Both the position numbers and the translations under genes were made by a program. From the IMG/VR virus record IMGVR_UViG_3300031867_005023: a DNA stretch of 13,954 nt; one strand, 5' to 3'. Below, one piece after another: positions 1-7,683 of the stretch. The notes below the pieces were generated by a model that saw only the letters and a program-made list of their open reading frames with translations, searched no databases and was not told the origin of the DNA. The stretch comes from a virus. Positions within the stretch are counted from its first letter, which is position 1. The number at the start of each line of letters is the position of its first letter.

Positions 1-398
1 AAGAAATTGTTTCTAAAATTCCAGATGAGGAATATCCGCTCAAAGACATACTTGCATATCAGCAAGAAATTCTTGGGTATATCGAATATTCTAATGAGGA
101 ATTTGATAAACGTATAGTTGTTGTCACAAAATTAAACACTGATTGGTCACCAAAATTCGAAGCATTTTGCTTGAATAATCGTAAAGTGTCAGAGATGAAG
201 ATCCATAAAAAGAAAAATCCTAGAGATAAAAAAATTAAGGTATCTTGGGCAGATCTTCCTCTTAGTAATGGTGATATAATTTATATGAAAGATTGTGAGC
301 CTGAACCGAAGAAACGAAAAAATGCTTCTGGTGAATGGGAAAATGTCCCTGGAGTTTTTGATTGGTGGCTTAATGACTATTCGATTTGTAATTTATAA
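1..398 (+). CDS. Hypothetical protein, 5' end truncated by the window edge. The frame is open from nt 3, so the listed 171..398 ORF is probably only the C-terminal tail of a longer protein.
   Basis: The frame containing ORF 171..398 has no stop back to nt 3. The translation (EIVSKIPDEEYPLKDILAYQQEILGYIEYSNEEFDKRIVVVTKLNTDWSPKFEAFCLNNRKVSEMK...) is continuous and ends at TAA 396-398. I recognise no family. Confidence 0.45.
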   Translation, partial: EIVSKIPDEEYPLKDILAYQQEILGYIEYSNEEFDKRIVVVTKLNTDWSPKFEAFCLNNRKVSEMKIHKKKNPRDKKIKVSWADLPLSNGDIIYMKDCEPEPKKRKNASGEWENVPGVFDWWLNDYSICNL

Positions 399-422
399 AT
401 GACAGCAGAGGTGAACAACGAA

Positions 423-1067
423 ATGAAATATATTATTATGTGTGGTGGAGACTACAAAAAGTGGTCAAAGCCACGCCAATTAACTGAAATTAATGGAGAA
501 CCCATTATTGCTAGAACCATTAGATTGTTGAGAGAATGTGGCGTGGAAGATATTGCGATTAGTGCAAATAATAATCACTTTAACACATTCGGCGTTCCTG
601 TTCTCCGGCACATAAATGAATGGGTTGTTTATGATTATGAAAAAGATGACGGAACATGGTGTAATGCTTTTTATCCAACTGATGAACCTGTCTGTTATCT
701 GTTGGGAGATGTAGTATTTTCAAAAGCTGCAATCAGAACAATAGTTAATACGCAGACAAATGACATTGCATTTTTTGCATCGGCACCGCCGTTTGCAAAA
801 GATTATCCAAAAGAATATGCAGAACCGTTTGGATTTAAGGTTGTTAACCTACAACACTTCTGGAATGCAATTCGCGATCTGAAAAGATACGAAAATGAGA
901 AATTATTTAAGCGGCATCCTATTGCATGGGAATTATGGCAAGTCATTAAAGGTACTGAGTTGAACACAATTGATTATAAAAACTATACCGTAATTAATGA
1001 TTATACTTGCGATATTGATGTTCCAGAGGATATTAAGTATTATACGAAACTTAACATAGGAGATTAA
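423..1067 (+). CDS. Putative sugar-phosphate or phosphocholine nucleotidyltransferase, LicC/MobA-like NTP-transferase fold.
   Basis: The N-terminus MKYIIMCGGDYKKW...LTEINGEPIIARTIRLL matches the Gly-rich NTP-binding start of LicC/MobA-type nucleotidyltransferases (MKAIILAAGxGTRL...KPLI). The ATG at 423 is preferred over 399 because GAGGTG lies 9 nt upstream. The call rests on motif resemblance only. Confidence 0.5.
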   Translation: MKYIIMCGGDYKKWSKPRQLTEINGEPIIARTIRLLRECGVEDIAISANNNHFNTFGVPVLRHINEWVVYDYEKDDGTWCNAFYPTDEPVCYLLGDVVFSKAAIRTIVNTQTNDIAFFASAPPFAKDYPKEYAEPFGFKVVNLQHFWNAIRDLKRYENEKLFKRHPIAWELWQVIKGTELNTIDYKNYTVINDYTCDIDVPEDIKYYTKLNIGD

Positions 1068-1069
1068 TA

Positions 1070-1633
1070 ATGGTTGTAGATGAATTTATTGAGCGAATTT
1101 ATAATATGTCTCAAGATGAAGTATTGGATATTTTATCAGCATTAAGAAAAAAAGAAAGTGATGATTCTAATCAAAATGTTAGAGATTCTGTTAATAGTCA
1201 TAAAGAATATGTTGGAAAATGTTATTATAAAGAGGTGCAGCCACGGAATGGTATGTTTCCATCTATGAAAAAGTATTATAAAATCATTTCCGAAAGAGGA
1301 AGTAACGAATATAGAGTCTCTGCTTTAACATTTTATGAGCATCCGTTTTATTGGTTTCAATATAATGCTCATAGAATTGCATATCCAGGAGATTACTTCC
1401 TTGGAGAATATGATTTTGATGGAATTGATGTTGAAGATTTCGGAGCCTTTTGTTATACAGGCGATGGAGATTTTTCGCTAGGAATTAATGAACTTACCGA
1501 AATTTCGTTAGAAGAATATAATAAAGCAATGAATAAATATATTAAAGAGCTTCAGGAGATGGAATGGCCCTCAGATCATTGGAGATATGGTAGGAAGCTG
1601 CCGTCAGATCCTGAATGGGAAAGAAAGGATTGA
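1070..1633 (+). CDS. Hypothetical protein.
   Basis: 187-aa ORF with a strong SD (AGGAGA) 7 nt upstream and a TGA stop. No recognisable motifs. Confidence 0.55.
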   Translation: MVVDEFIERIYNMSQDEVLDILSALRKKESDDSNQNVRDSVNSHKEYVGKCYYKEVQPRNGMFPSMKKYYKIISERGSNEYRVSALTFYEHPFYWFQYNAHRIAYPGDYFLGEYDFDGIDVEDFGAFCYTGDGDFSLGINELTEISLEEYNKAMNKYIKELQEMEWPSDHWRYGRKLPSDPEWERKD

Positions 1634-1637
1634 ATAA

Positions 1638-2168
1638 ATGTTAGAGAATTATAAATATACGTAGAAAGAACTAGATGAATTACTTAAGAGTGTCACTATT
1701 ATCTGCGATACAAGAGAGCAGAAGAATGAACATATAACCTCATACTTCGACAGTAAAGGAATACCCTGGGTAAGATCTACGCTTAAATTTGGAGATTACA
1801 GTTGTTTCGTGCCGAAGAATGAAGAACTTGGGATACCAAGAGATTTATATTTTTCCAAAGAAATTATGATCGAACGAAAGGGTAGTCTTGAAGAACTTGC
1901 GGGGAACGTAACAAAAGAACGTGATCGTATAAAAAAGGAACTTGCACTTGCTCCTCCAAATAAGATATTAGTGATTGAGAATGCTACATATGCGGATATG
2001 ATTAATGGTAATTATAGGTCAGAGTATTCTGCAAAAAGTTACTATGGTACAGTTCATAGTTTCTGGCATGAATTTGATATGCCGTTTATCTTTATGCCGG
2101 ACAATCGTTATACTGGAATGTTTATTAGAGGATATTTTCAGTATTATTTGAGGAATAAGGTGAAATGA
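1638..2168 (+). CDS. ERCC4-type (XPF/Mus81/Hef-like) structure-specific nuclease. Reading it requires read-through of an in-frame TAG at 1662-1664, or else it is a nonsense-mutated pseudogene.
   Basis: Frame 0 from 1665 reads KELDELLKSVTIICDTREQKNEHITSYFDSKGIPWVRSTLKFGDYSCFVPKNEELGIPRDLYFSKEIMIERKGSLEELAGNV...KILVIEN. This aligns with the XPF nuclease-domain signature (VVDxRE ... GDY ... ERKxxxDL ... LLIE). The GDY element lies upstream of the GTG at 1809 that the ORF track uses as start. The only in-frame ATG (1638, SD AAAGGA upstream) is followed by MLENYKYT and then TAG. There is no ATG, GTG or TTG in frame between 1665 and 1809. Confidence 0.6.
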
Positions 2169-2488
2169 GAGAGATAGATAAAGAAGTGTTTGATGATTAC
2201 GGAGATTATATGGATGATATTATTACTGATAGTAGAACTAATGGATTAAATCAACTTCCTTCACAGAGAGATTTCAGAGACAAATCAATAATTGATACTG
2301 ATCGCCATGGAAATCTTAAATTTAAGAAACACAGTAAAAATAAGTCTAAGATAAAAATTGGTGATAGAGTTTCAAATGGTGGGATAACTGGTGAAGTAAT
2401 TGATGTCGATGGTGATCTGCTATGTGTTGAAACTATCGATGGAAAAATCCAGGTCTGGAATTTAAATAAAGTAAAAATAAAATATTAA
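2165..2488 (+). CDS. Hypothetical protein with a possible small beta-barrel C-terminus.
   Basis: 107-aa ORF whose ATG overlaps the upstream TGA (ATGA). The SD is GGAATAAGGTG. I recognise no family. Confidence 0.5.
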   Translation: MREIDKEVFDDYGDYMDDIITDSRTNGLNQLPSQRDFRDKSIIDTDRHGNLKFKKHSKNKSKIKIGDRVSNGGITGEVIDVDGDLLCVETIDGKIQVWNLNKVKIKY

Positions 2489-2493
2489 AGGTA

Positions 2494-2522
2494 TTGACAT
2501 CAATAGACGAAATCATTATAAT
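2494..2522 (+). promoter_or_regulatory. Sigma70-like promoter with a perfect consensus, driving the operon from the macro-domain gene through the MVP-like gene.
   Basis: TTGACA (2494-2499), 17-nt spacer, TATAAT (2517-2522). It sits about 45 nt upstream of the SD and ATG at 2567. Confidence 0.6.
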
Positions 2523-2566
2523 GAATACAACCATTTAATATTTTAATAATAAAAAAGGAGAAAACA

Positions 2567-2974
2567 ATGAACATTAATGAAGTAAAAATGAGCATCGTAT
2601 CTGCCCCTCAAGGTTATAATCTTGTAGGTGCATTCAGTTCAGATTTGAATTGTTCTGTTGGTCTTCCCGCAGTATTTGATAAGATGTTTGATATCACTGA
2701 AAGAGTTGATCAACAGTTGGAACCTGGAATGGTTTTTAGACTTGATAATCTGTTTATCTTAACTGTTAAAGAGAGCAGTTATGATGCTCCTAGCATGACA
2801 ATGCTGAAAGAATCCATGAAAAAGCTGAAAGAGGCCGTACAGGTTCTTGGTATTAAAAAGATTGCGATGCCAAGGATATGTACAGGAAAGAACGGATTTA
2901 GCTGGGATGATGTGTTTGATGTAATCTGTGAAACATTCGACTATACAGATGTAGATATTCTTGTATGTTATTAA
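2567..2974 (+). CDS. Short macro-like domain protein (putative ADP-ribose binding or hydrolysis).
   Basis: The C-terminal stretch KKIAMPRICTGKNGFSWDDV....DVDILVCY matches the macro-domain core (VAFPAISTGVYGYP....VYFVCY). The N-terminal LVGAFSSDLNCSVGLPAVF resembles the VNAANxxLxGGGGV region. The SD is AAGGAGA. At 135 aa it is shorter than canonical macro domains, so the call is tentative. Confidence 0.5.
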   Translation: MNINEVKMSIVSAPQGYNLVGAFSSDLNCSVGLPAVFDKMFDITERVDQQLEPGMVFRLDNLFILTVKESSYDAPSMTMLKESMKKLKEAVQVLGIKKIAMPRICTGKNGFSWDDVFDVICETFDYTDVDILVCY

Positions 2975-2985
2975 TGAGGTGCATT

Positions 2986-4215
2986 ATGGACAGAAAACCT
3001 GTATATCTTGTAATGGTAACAGATGTTAATAATAATAAATACTACAAAATGTTAGCTAATTCGGATGGACAGAGTTTTACTGTAGAGTATGGAAGAGTTG
3101 GGGCAAGCTGTCAGACAAGGACTTACCCCATCTCTCAGTGGGATAAAAAGTATAACGAGAAAATCCGCAAAGGATATGTTGACCAGACACATTTGGTAGA
3201 AGATCTTATTTCCGTACAGAAACCTAAAAAAGAAAAATCTGAATATAAAGAGATTGAAAATAAAGCTATTGCTGAAATCGTGCAGCGCCTGATGGATATG
3301 GCTAAGAAAAAAGTTCAGCAGAGTTATAAAGTCGCATCTAATCAGGTTACTCAGGCAATGGTCGATGAGGCACAGAAGATTATTGATGAGCTTACGACCA
3401 TAGACGGAGTAGGAAAATTCAATAATAAGCTGCTTGAACTTTTTACAGTTATTCCTCGTCGTATGAGAAACGTGGGAGAATATCTGGCAGATAATAAAGA
3501 TGATTTTGCTAAAATTATCAAAGATGAACAGGATCTTCTCGATGTCATGAGAGGTCAGGTTATTACTCATGTAGTTGAGGATGCAGTAGAGGAAGATAAT
3601 GATCAGCCAGTTCGTAATGAGACAATCCTTGAAGCTATGGGACTTGAAATGGAGCCAGTTAGCGATGAGGAGATTGATCTAATTAAATCAAAGCTTGGCG
3701 ATTGTAAGGATAAATTCTATCAGGCTTGGAGAGTTAATAATATCAAGACAAGAAAACGTTTTGATGAATTTGTTAAAAAAGAAAATATTAAAGATATACG
3801 ATTATTCTGGCATGGGAGTAGAAATGAAAACTGGTGGTCTATTATCAACACTGGATTAGTTCTTAGGCCAACAAATGCAGTAATAACAGGAAAGATGTTT
3901 GGTTTTGGTACATATTACGCCCCAAAAGCAAGAAAGTCATTGGGGTATACAAGCTTAAGTGGTAGCTATTGGGCAAGAGGAACTTCTTCGTCTGCATTTA
4001 TGGCACTAATGGATGTTGCATATGGTACGCCATATGATGCATACTCATTTGATAGTAAGTTCTATAATTTCGATTATGAAAAGTTGCAGAGGGAACAGCC
4101 TGGAGCAAACTGTCTTCATGCACATGCTGGAAGTATGCTGAGAAATGATGAAGTAATTGTATATAAAGAAGATCAGAGTACGATTAAGTATTTAGTTGAA
4201 TTAAGGGAGAGATAA
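2986..4215 (+). CDS. PARP-like ADP-ribosyltransferase: N-terminal WGR domain, helical domain, and a catalytic domain with an H-Y-E triad.
   Basis: YYKMLANSDGQSFTVEYGRVGASCQTRTY is a WGR motif. LFWHGSRNENWWSIINTGL aligns with the PARP1 LWHGSRTTNFAGILSQGL stretch (catalytic His). GKMFGFGTYYAPKARKS aligns with the GKGIYFAD stretch (Tyr). NDEVIVYKEDQSTIKYLVEL aligns with [20 protein letters not shown] (catalytic Glu). I prefer the ATG at 2986 because GAGGTG lies 5 nt upstream; the ORF track places the start at 2965. Confidence 0.8.
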   Translation: MDRKPVYLVMVTDVNNNKYYKMLANSDGQSFTVEYGRVGASCQTRTYPISQWDKKYNEKIRKGYVDQTHLVEDLISVQKPKKEKSEYKEIENKAIAEIVQRLMDMAKKKVQQSYKVASNQVTQAMVDEAQKIIDELTTIDGVGKFNNKLLELFTVIPRRMRNVGEYLADNKDDFAKIIKDEQDLLDVMRGQVITHVVEDAVEEDNDQPVRNETILEAMGLEMEPVSDEEIDLIKSKLGDCKDKFYQAWRVNNIKTRKRFDEFVKKENIKDIRLFWHGSRNENWWSIINTGLVLRPTNAVITGKMFGFGTYYAPKARKSLGYTSLSGSYWARGTSSSAFMALMDVAYGTPYDAYSFDSKFYNFDYEKLQREQPGANCLHAHAGSMLRNDEVIVYKEDQSTIKYLVELRER

Positions 4216-4952
4216 TGAAAGAAGTATTTGATGAGATTTTATCAACTTTTGAGAACGAAGATATAAAAGAATTTGCGGAAAAGTGCATAGACGCTGCTCC
4301 GGCATATTGGCATAGTGTGGCGGCAAGTAGCACTGGAAAATATCATCCGGTTTATGCTCTTGGTGATGGTGGTCTTGTTAGACATACGTTAGCCTTAGTT
4401 CGTATTCTTAATCATATGTTTGGAGTGGAGTCAATTGCTAACCAGTTCACATCTCGTGAACGAGATTTGCTCCGTGCGGCTGGAATTGCTCATGATATGA
4501 TGAAGTCTGGGACACAGGAAGATTATGAAAAATCTAAATGGACAAAATTTGATCACCCGTTGTTAGCCGCAAGAATGGTCTATGACATGGACGGATTGAA
4601 TAAAGATGAGCGTAAATATATTGCAACAGCAATCTCATCACACATGGGACAGTGGAATTCTGATAAACGACATCCCAACATCGTTCTTCCTAAACCACAG
4701 GATAAATCACAAATCATTCTTCATCTTGCAGACTATCTTGCATCACGTAAAGATATTGAGATTAAGTTTGATAATCTTCCTGAAACTAATGAAGAACTTC
4801 CAGATATCAACACTTGGATTGTTAGGTTTGGCAAGTATAAAGATGCCGGATTAACACTTCCGCAGATAGCCGAGAAAGATCCTGGTTATATCGCTTGGGC
4901 AAAGAATAATGTAAGCATTGAACCCGCAAAATCTTTATTGAAAACAATATAA
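4215..4952 (+). CDS. HD-domain metal-dependent phosphohydrolase.
   Basis: The motif order H..(YHP)..H / HD (AGIAHDMMK) / H (DHPLL) / H (SSHMGQW) / D (LHLADYL) is typical of the HD superfamily. The ATG overlaps the PARP stop (TAATG). The SD is AGGGAGAG. Confidence 0.7.
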   Translation: MKEVFDEILSTFENEDIKEFAEKCIDAAPAYWHSVAASSTGKYHPVYALGDGGLVRHTLALVRILNHMFGVESIANQFTSRERDLLRAAGIAHDMMKSGTQEDYEKSKWTKFDHPLLAARMVYDMDGLNKDERKYIATAISSHMGQWNSDKRHPNIVLPKPQDKSQIILHLADYLASRKDIEIKFDNLPETNEELPDINTWIVRFGKYKDAGLTLPQIAEKDPGYIAWAKNNVSIEPAKSLLKTI

Positions 4953-4979
4953 TATTTGATAAGGAGAATAAAATATTAA

Positions 4980-5717
4980 ATGTTTAACAAAAAAATAAGA
5001 TTAATTGAATTGTTTGGTGGTGTTGGTTGTCAGGCATTAGCTCTAAGAGATTTAGCTATAGCAAATGGTTTGAAACCAGAAAATGTGTTTGAGCATTATC
5101 GTCTTGTTGAATTCGACAAATATCCAGTTAAATCATACAATGCAGTTCATGAAACAAATTTTGTTCCGATTGACATAACTGAAATCAAAGGTGAAGATCT
5201 TGGCATTGTAGATAAAGATAAATATATTTATATTTGCACATATTCATTCCCCTGTCAGGATTTATCGGTCGCTGGAAAGCAAGCCGGAATGGATAAAGGA
5301 TCTGGAACTAGAAGTGGTTTGCTTTGGGAAGTAGAGCGTTTATTGAATGAAACAAATGAATTACCAGATATTCTTCTTATGGAGAATGTTACTCAGGTTC
5401 ATGGGAAAAAGAATTTGGATAATTTCAATAAATGGATTGAGTTTTTAGAGTCCAAAGGTTATCACAATTATTGGCAAGATCTGGAAGCATCTCAGTATTG
5501 TATTCCGCAGCATAGAAATCGTACATTCATGGTTAGTTCATTAGAAGACATAGATTATGTTTTTCCTAGAACAATTGAATTGAAAAAAGTGATGCGGGAT
5601 ATGTTGGATGAAACTGTTGATGAAAAATATTATATTAATAATGAAAAAGCACAAACTCTCATCGAAAAACTAATTGAAGACGGTAAGCTCGATGAAGAAA
5701 GCGTGTTGGCCAGTTGA
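4980..5717 (+). CDS. DNA (cytosine-5)-methyltransferase N-terminal half: motifs I to VIII plus the start of the variable region. It terminates abruptly.
   Basis: Motif I is LFGGVGC (FxGxGG). Motif IV is FPCQDLS (the PCQ catalytic Cys). Motif VI is ENV. Motif VIII is QHRNRTF (QxRxR). The stretch DEKYYINNEKAQTLIEK resembles the conserved start of the TRD (DEKYYLSEK...). The ORF ends at TGA 5715-5717. Confidence 0.85.
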   Translation: MFNKKIRLIELFGGVGCQALALRDLAIANGLKPENVFEHYRLVEFDKYPVKSYNAVHETNFVPIDITEIKGEDLGIVDKDKYIYICTYSFPCQDLSVAGKQAGMDKGSGTRSGLLWEVERLLNETNELPDILLMENVTQVHGKKNLDNFNKWIEFLESKGYHNYWQDLEASQYCIPQHRNRTFMVSSLEDIDYVFPRTIELKKVMRDMLDETVDEKYYINNEKAQTLIEKLIEDGKLDEESVLAS

Positions 5718-7659
5718 TACGGCATATGTTAATTATAGAAAATTTGAATGCTTTTCCAACATCGCAAGAACTATAATGGGCAGATGTTGGAAAGGATTTG
5801 GCACAAGTAATCAAACACAAAATGGCGTTGTTGAGAGATATGAGCAATAGTATTAATAATGTAATTATACTTGGTCGTGTATTGCCAATGAGTTCGAACA
5901 AAATACATCAAAATCAAGAATTATATTGATTGATGGAATTATTGGAACAATAAAGATGACTCATTATAAAGATCCTCCGAAAGTGTTAGTATATGAAAAA
6001 ATCAATAGATGAAATTGGATATATTGAAAAAGGTAGCGGTAAGCATCAAAGTAATATAGTTTACTCAGTGGGGGGGTATGTCCGTGTATCGCTGCTGGAT
6101 GTGGAGTAAAATTCTGGATTTATGTCATTGAAAAGAAAGCACAGAAACAAAGTGATTAACGTTGGATTTATAAATACTGGAACAGGCAAAGCACATCAGT
6201 CCAACACGGTATATTCTTCGTTTGGCATATCACCATGCTTATGTTCATATGCTAATAGGTATGGCGGTATACAAACAAATATTCTGGTGAAAGAAATTGA
6301 AAAAGCAGATAACAGTAATACTTAAAAACATGGGAAGTTCTGATAAAAAACGTATTCCAGATTATAAAACAGTTAATGTCGCAACAACACTATTGAGTCG
6401 TGATTATAAGGGATTGGGTAATTTTGCTAGTAATGGAGTAATTGAAATTGATATCAAAAAATAGTATTTATTTAGGCAATATTTATAAAAGCAAGGATGG
6501 ATATGCTGGAGCCGTTTTTGCAATAAATGCTCCTTGCCCTACAATTAAAGCCAATAGTGGCGGTAATAGTCAACCAATGTTTATAACCAGAAAGAAAAAT
6601 GTTATTGCTAGTAGTGTGAAAAATAATGATGAAATAGTTTGGTTGGGAAATATTTATGGTGAATTTAGTACTGGTTATGCCGGAACTGTTTTTGGGGTGA
6701 ATGGAGTATGTCAGACAATAAAGGCGAATAGTGGTGGTAATACTCAACCTAATATAGTGGTAAGATATGCTGATAGATCAAATCATTTGTGCGAGTAGAG
6801 GAAGGAACCCAGATAATCCGAGTGATAGAACAGCTGGTAACTATGTGGAGCAGCGTTTAGAATTGGGAGAGAAAAACAAATGTTCGCATACTATCACTTC
6901 TGTCACTAAAGATAATTGGATATTAGAGATTTATGCTAAAAGTAATTCAGATAGGAAATTATATAAAAACAAAGAATAGAGATAATCCACAGAGAGGTAG
7001 AATTTATTCCAGTTCTGGACTATCTCCTTCAATATATTCATATCAAGGCGGTGGATTACAACCACTACTTATTGAGAGGGAAACAGATGAAAAGACTATT
7101 GTCTACTAAATGTCTTGTTCCGAAAAGAACAGATTATGGCAAAGCCATTAGAAAAGACTATGAAGCACATCGTGTATATGAATATAGAAGAAACATGGTT
7201 CAACTAGAACCAAGAACAGACAATATAATAAATACATTAACTACGTTATTAAAGGATAATTATATTTTGGAAATATATGATAGAACATAAACCAATATGT
7301 ATAGGCGGTTTCGGTGAGATTAATTTTGGAAAACAGTATAGAGAGGGCAACAGAGTATATGATAGCAGAGTAGTAGCCACTGCAATAAAAGCAAGTCCAG
7401 TGGGTAGCCTTGGTGGACAAACAAATTTATATTTGGTGATTGAGAAATGCTACAGTTAAACGATTTTGATATTATTAAAAATAATAAATATATTGGCACA
7501 AAGTATTATGAGTTTTATTGTAACCATGGATATATTCCAGTTGTTTTTACTCCGTATTCGCATACAGATGCTACAAATATTGGTTCTACATTATGTACTG
7601 AATGTGGAGCACCAGGACATGCTTCCAATATGCTAGTCATAATAAAACAAACAGAATAA
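5674..7659 (+). other. Array of at least ten degenerate C5-MTase TRD-like units in shifting reading frames, interrupted by stops. These are pseudo- or silent cassettes lying between the intact N- and C-halves.
   Basis: Reading across the region I see the following paralogous peptide units. The bracketed f-number is the reading frame, taken as start coordinate mod 3.

- 5760-5850 (f1): ARTIMGRCWKGFGTSNQTQNGVVE.
- 5993-6107 (f2): GSGKHQSNIVYSVGG, then a G7 tract. An eighth G would restore CPCIAAGCGVKFWIYVIEKK.
- 6122-6325 (f2): GTGKAHQSNTVYSSFGISPCLCSYANRYGGIQTNILVKEIEK.
- 6330-6464 (f0): ATTLLSRDYKGLGNFASNGVIEIDIKK.
- 6442-6798 (f1): AVFAINAPCPTIKANSGGNSQ and TVFGVNGVCQTIKANSGGNTQ.
- 6767-6979 (f2): CSHTITSVTKDNWILEIY...RKLYKNKE.
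- 7051-7290 (f1): HRVYEYRRN...NTLTTLLKDNYILEIY.
- 7277-7459 (f2): NRVYDSRVVATAIKASPVGSLGGQTNLYLV.
- 7447-7659 (f1): TNIGSTLCTECGAPGHASNMLVI. This last unit is in frame with the C-half and separated from it by a single TAA.

All of them resemble the conserved RIYSTRGIAITLSAYGGG...LV segment that precedes motif IX in M.HhaI-type enzymes. Confidence 0.6.
6472..6753 (+). repeat. Imperfect tandem direct duplication (about 108 and 111 bp) that encodes two adjacent TRD-like units inside ORF 6442..6798.
   Basis: Copy A at 6472..6579 (ttaggcaatatttataaaagcaaggatgg...attaaagccaatagtggcggtaatagtcaaccaatg) against copy B at 6643..6753 (ttgggaaatatttatggtgaatttagtactgg...ataaaggcgaatagtggtggtaatactcaacctaat). 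I estimate about 70-80% identity by eye, including one codon indel. Confidence 0.6.
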
Positions 7660-7683
7660 ATGGTAATTAAAGAAAGGAATAGA

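Noticed and set aside
1809-2168. The GTG 1809 start proposed by the ORF track for the nuclease.
   Set aside because: The catalytically essential ERCC4 N-terminal elements (VxxDTRE, GDY) lie upstream in the same frame, so a start at 1809 would yield a truncated, inactive domain.
3052-3570. 172-aa minus-strand ORF (and the nested 3351..3548 ORF) antisense to the PARP gene.
   Set aside because: It is fully embedded in a + strand gene with clear WGR and PARP motifs. The product is low-complexity (F/I/L-rich), typical of antisense frames in AT-rich DNA, and has no RBS.
4606-4854. Internal + strand ORFs within larger genes: 4606..4854, 9682..9867, 10006..10206 and 11844..12056.
   Set aside because: They are out-of-frame ORFs nested inside the HD, MVP-like and Rnl1-like genes, with no independent translation signals.
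5718-7683. An intron or intein, or an IS or transposon insertion, as the cause of the split MTase.
   Set aside because: The intervening DNA encodes MTase-TRD-like peptide units throughout. It has no intein blocks and no homing-endonuclease, reverse-transcriptase or transposase signatures, and I found no terminal inverted repeats.
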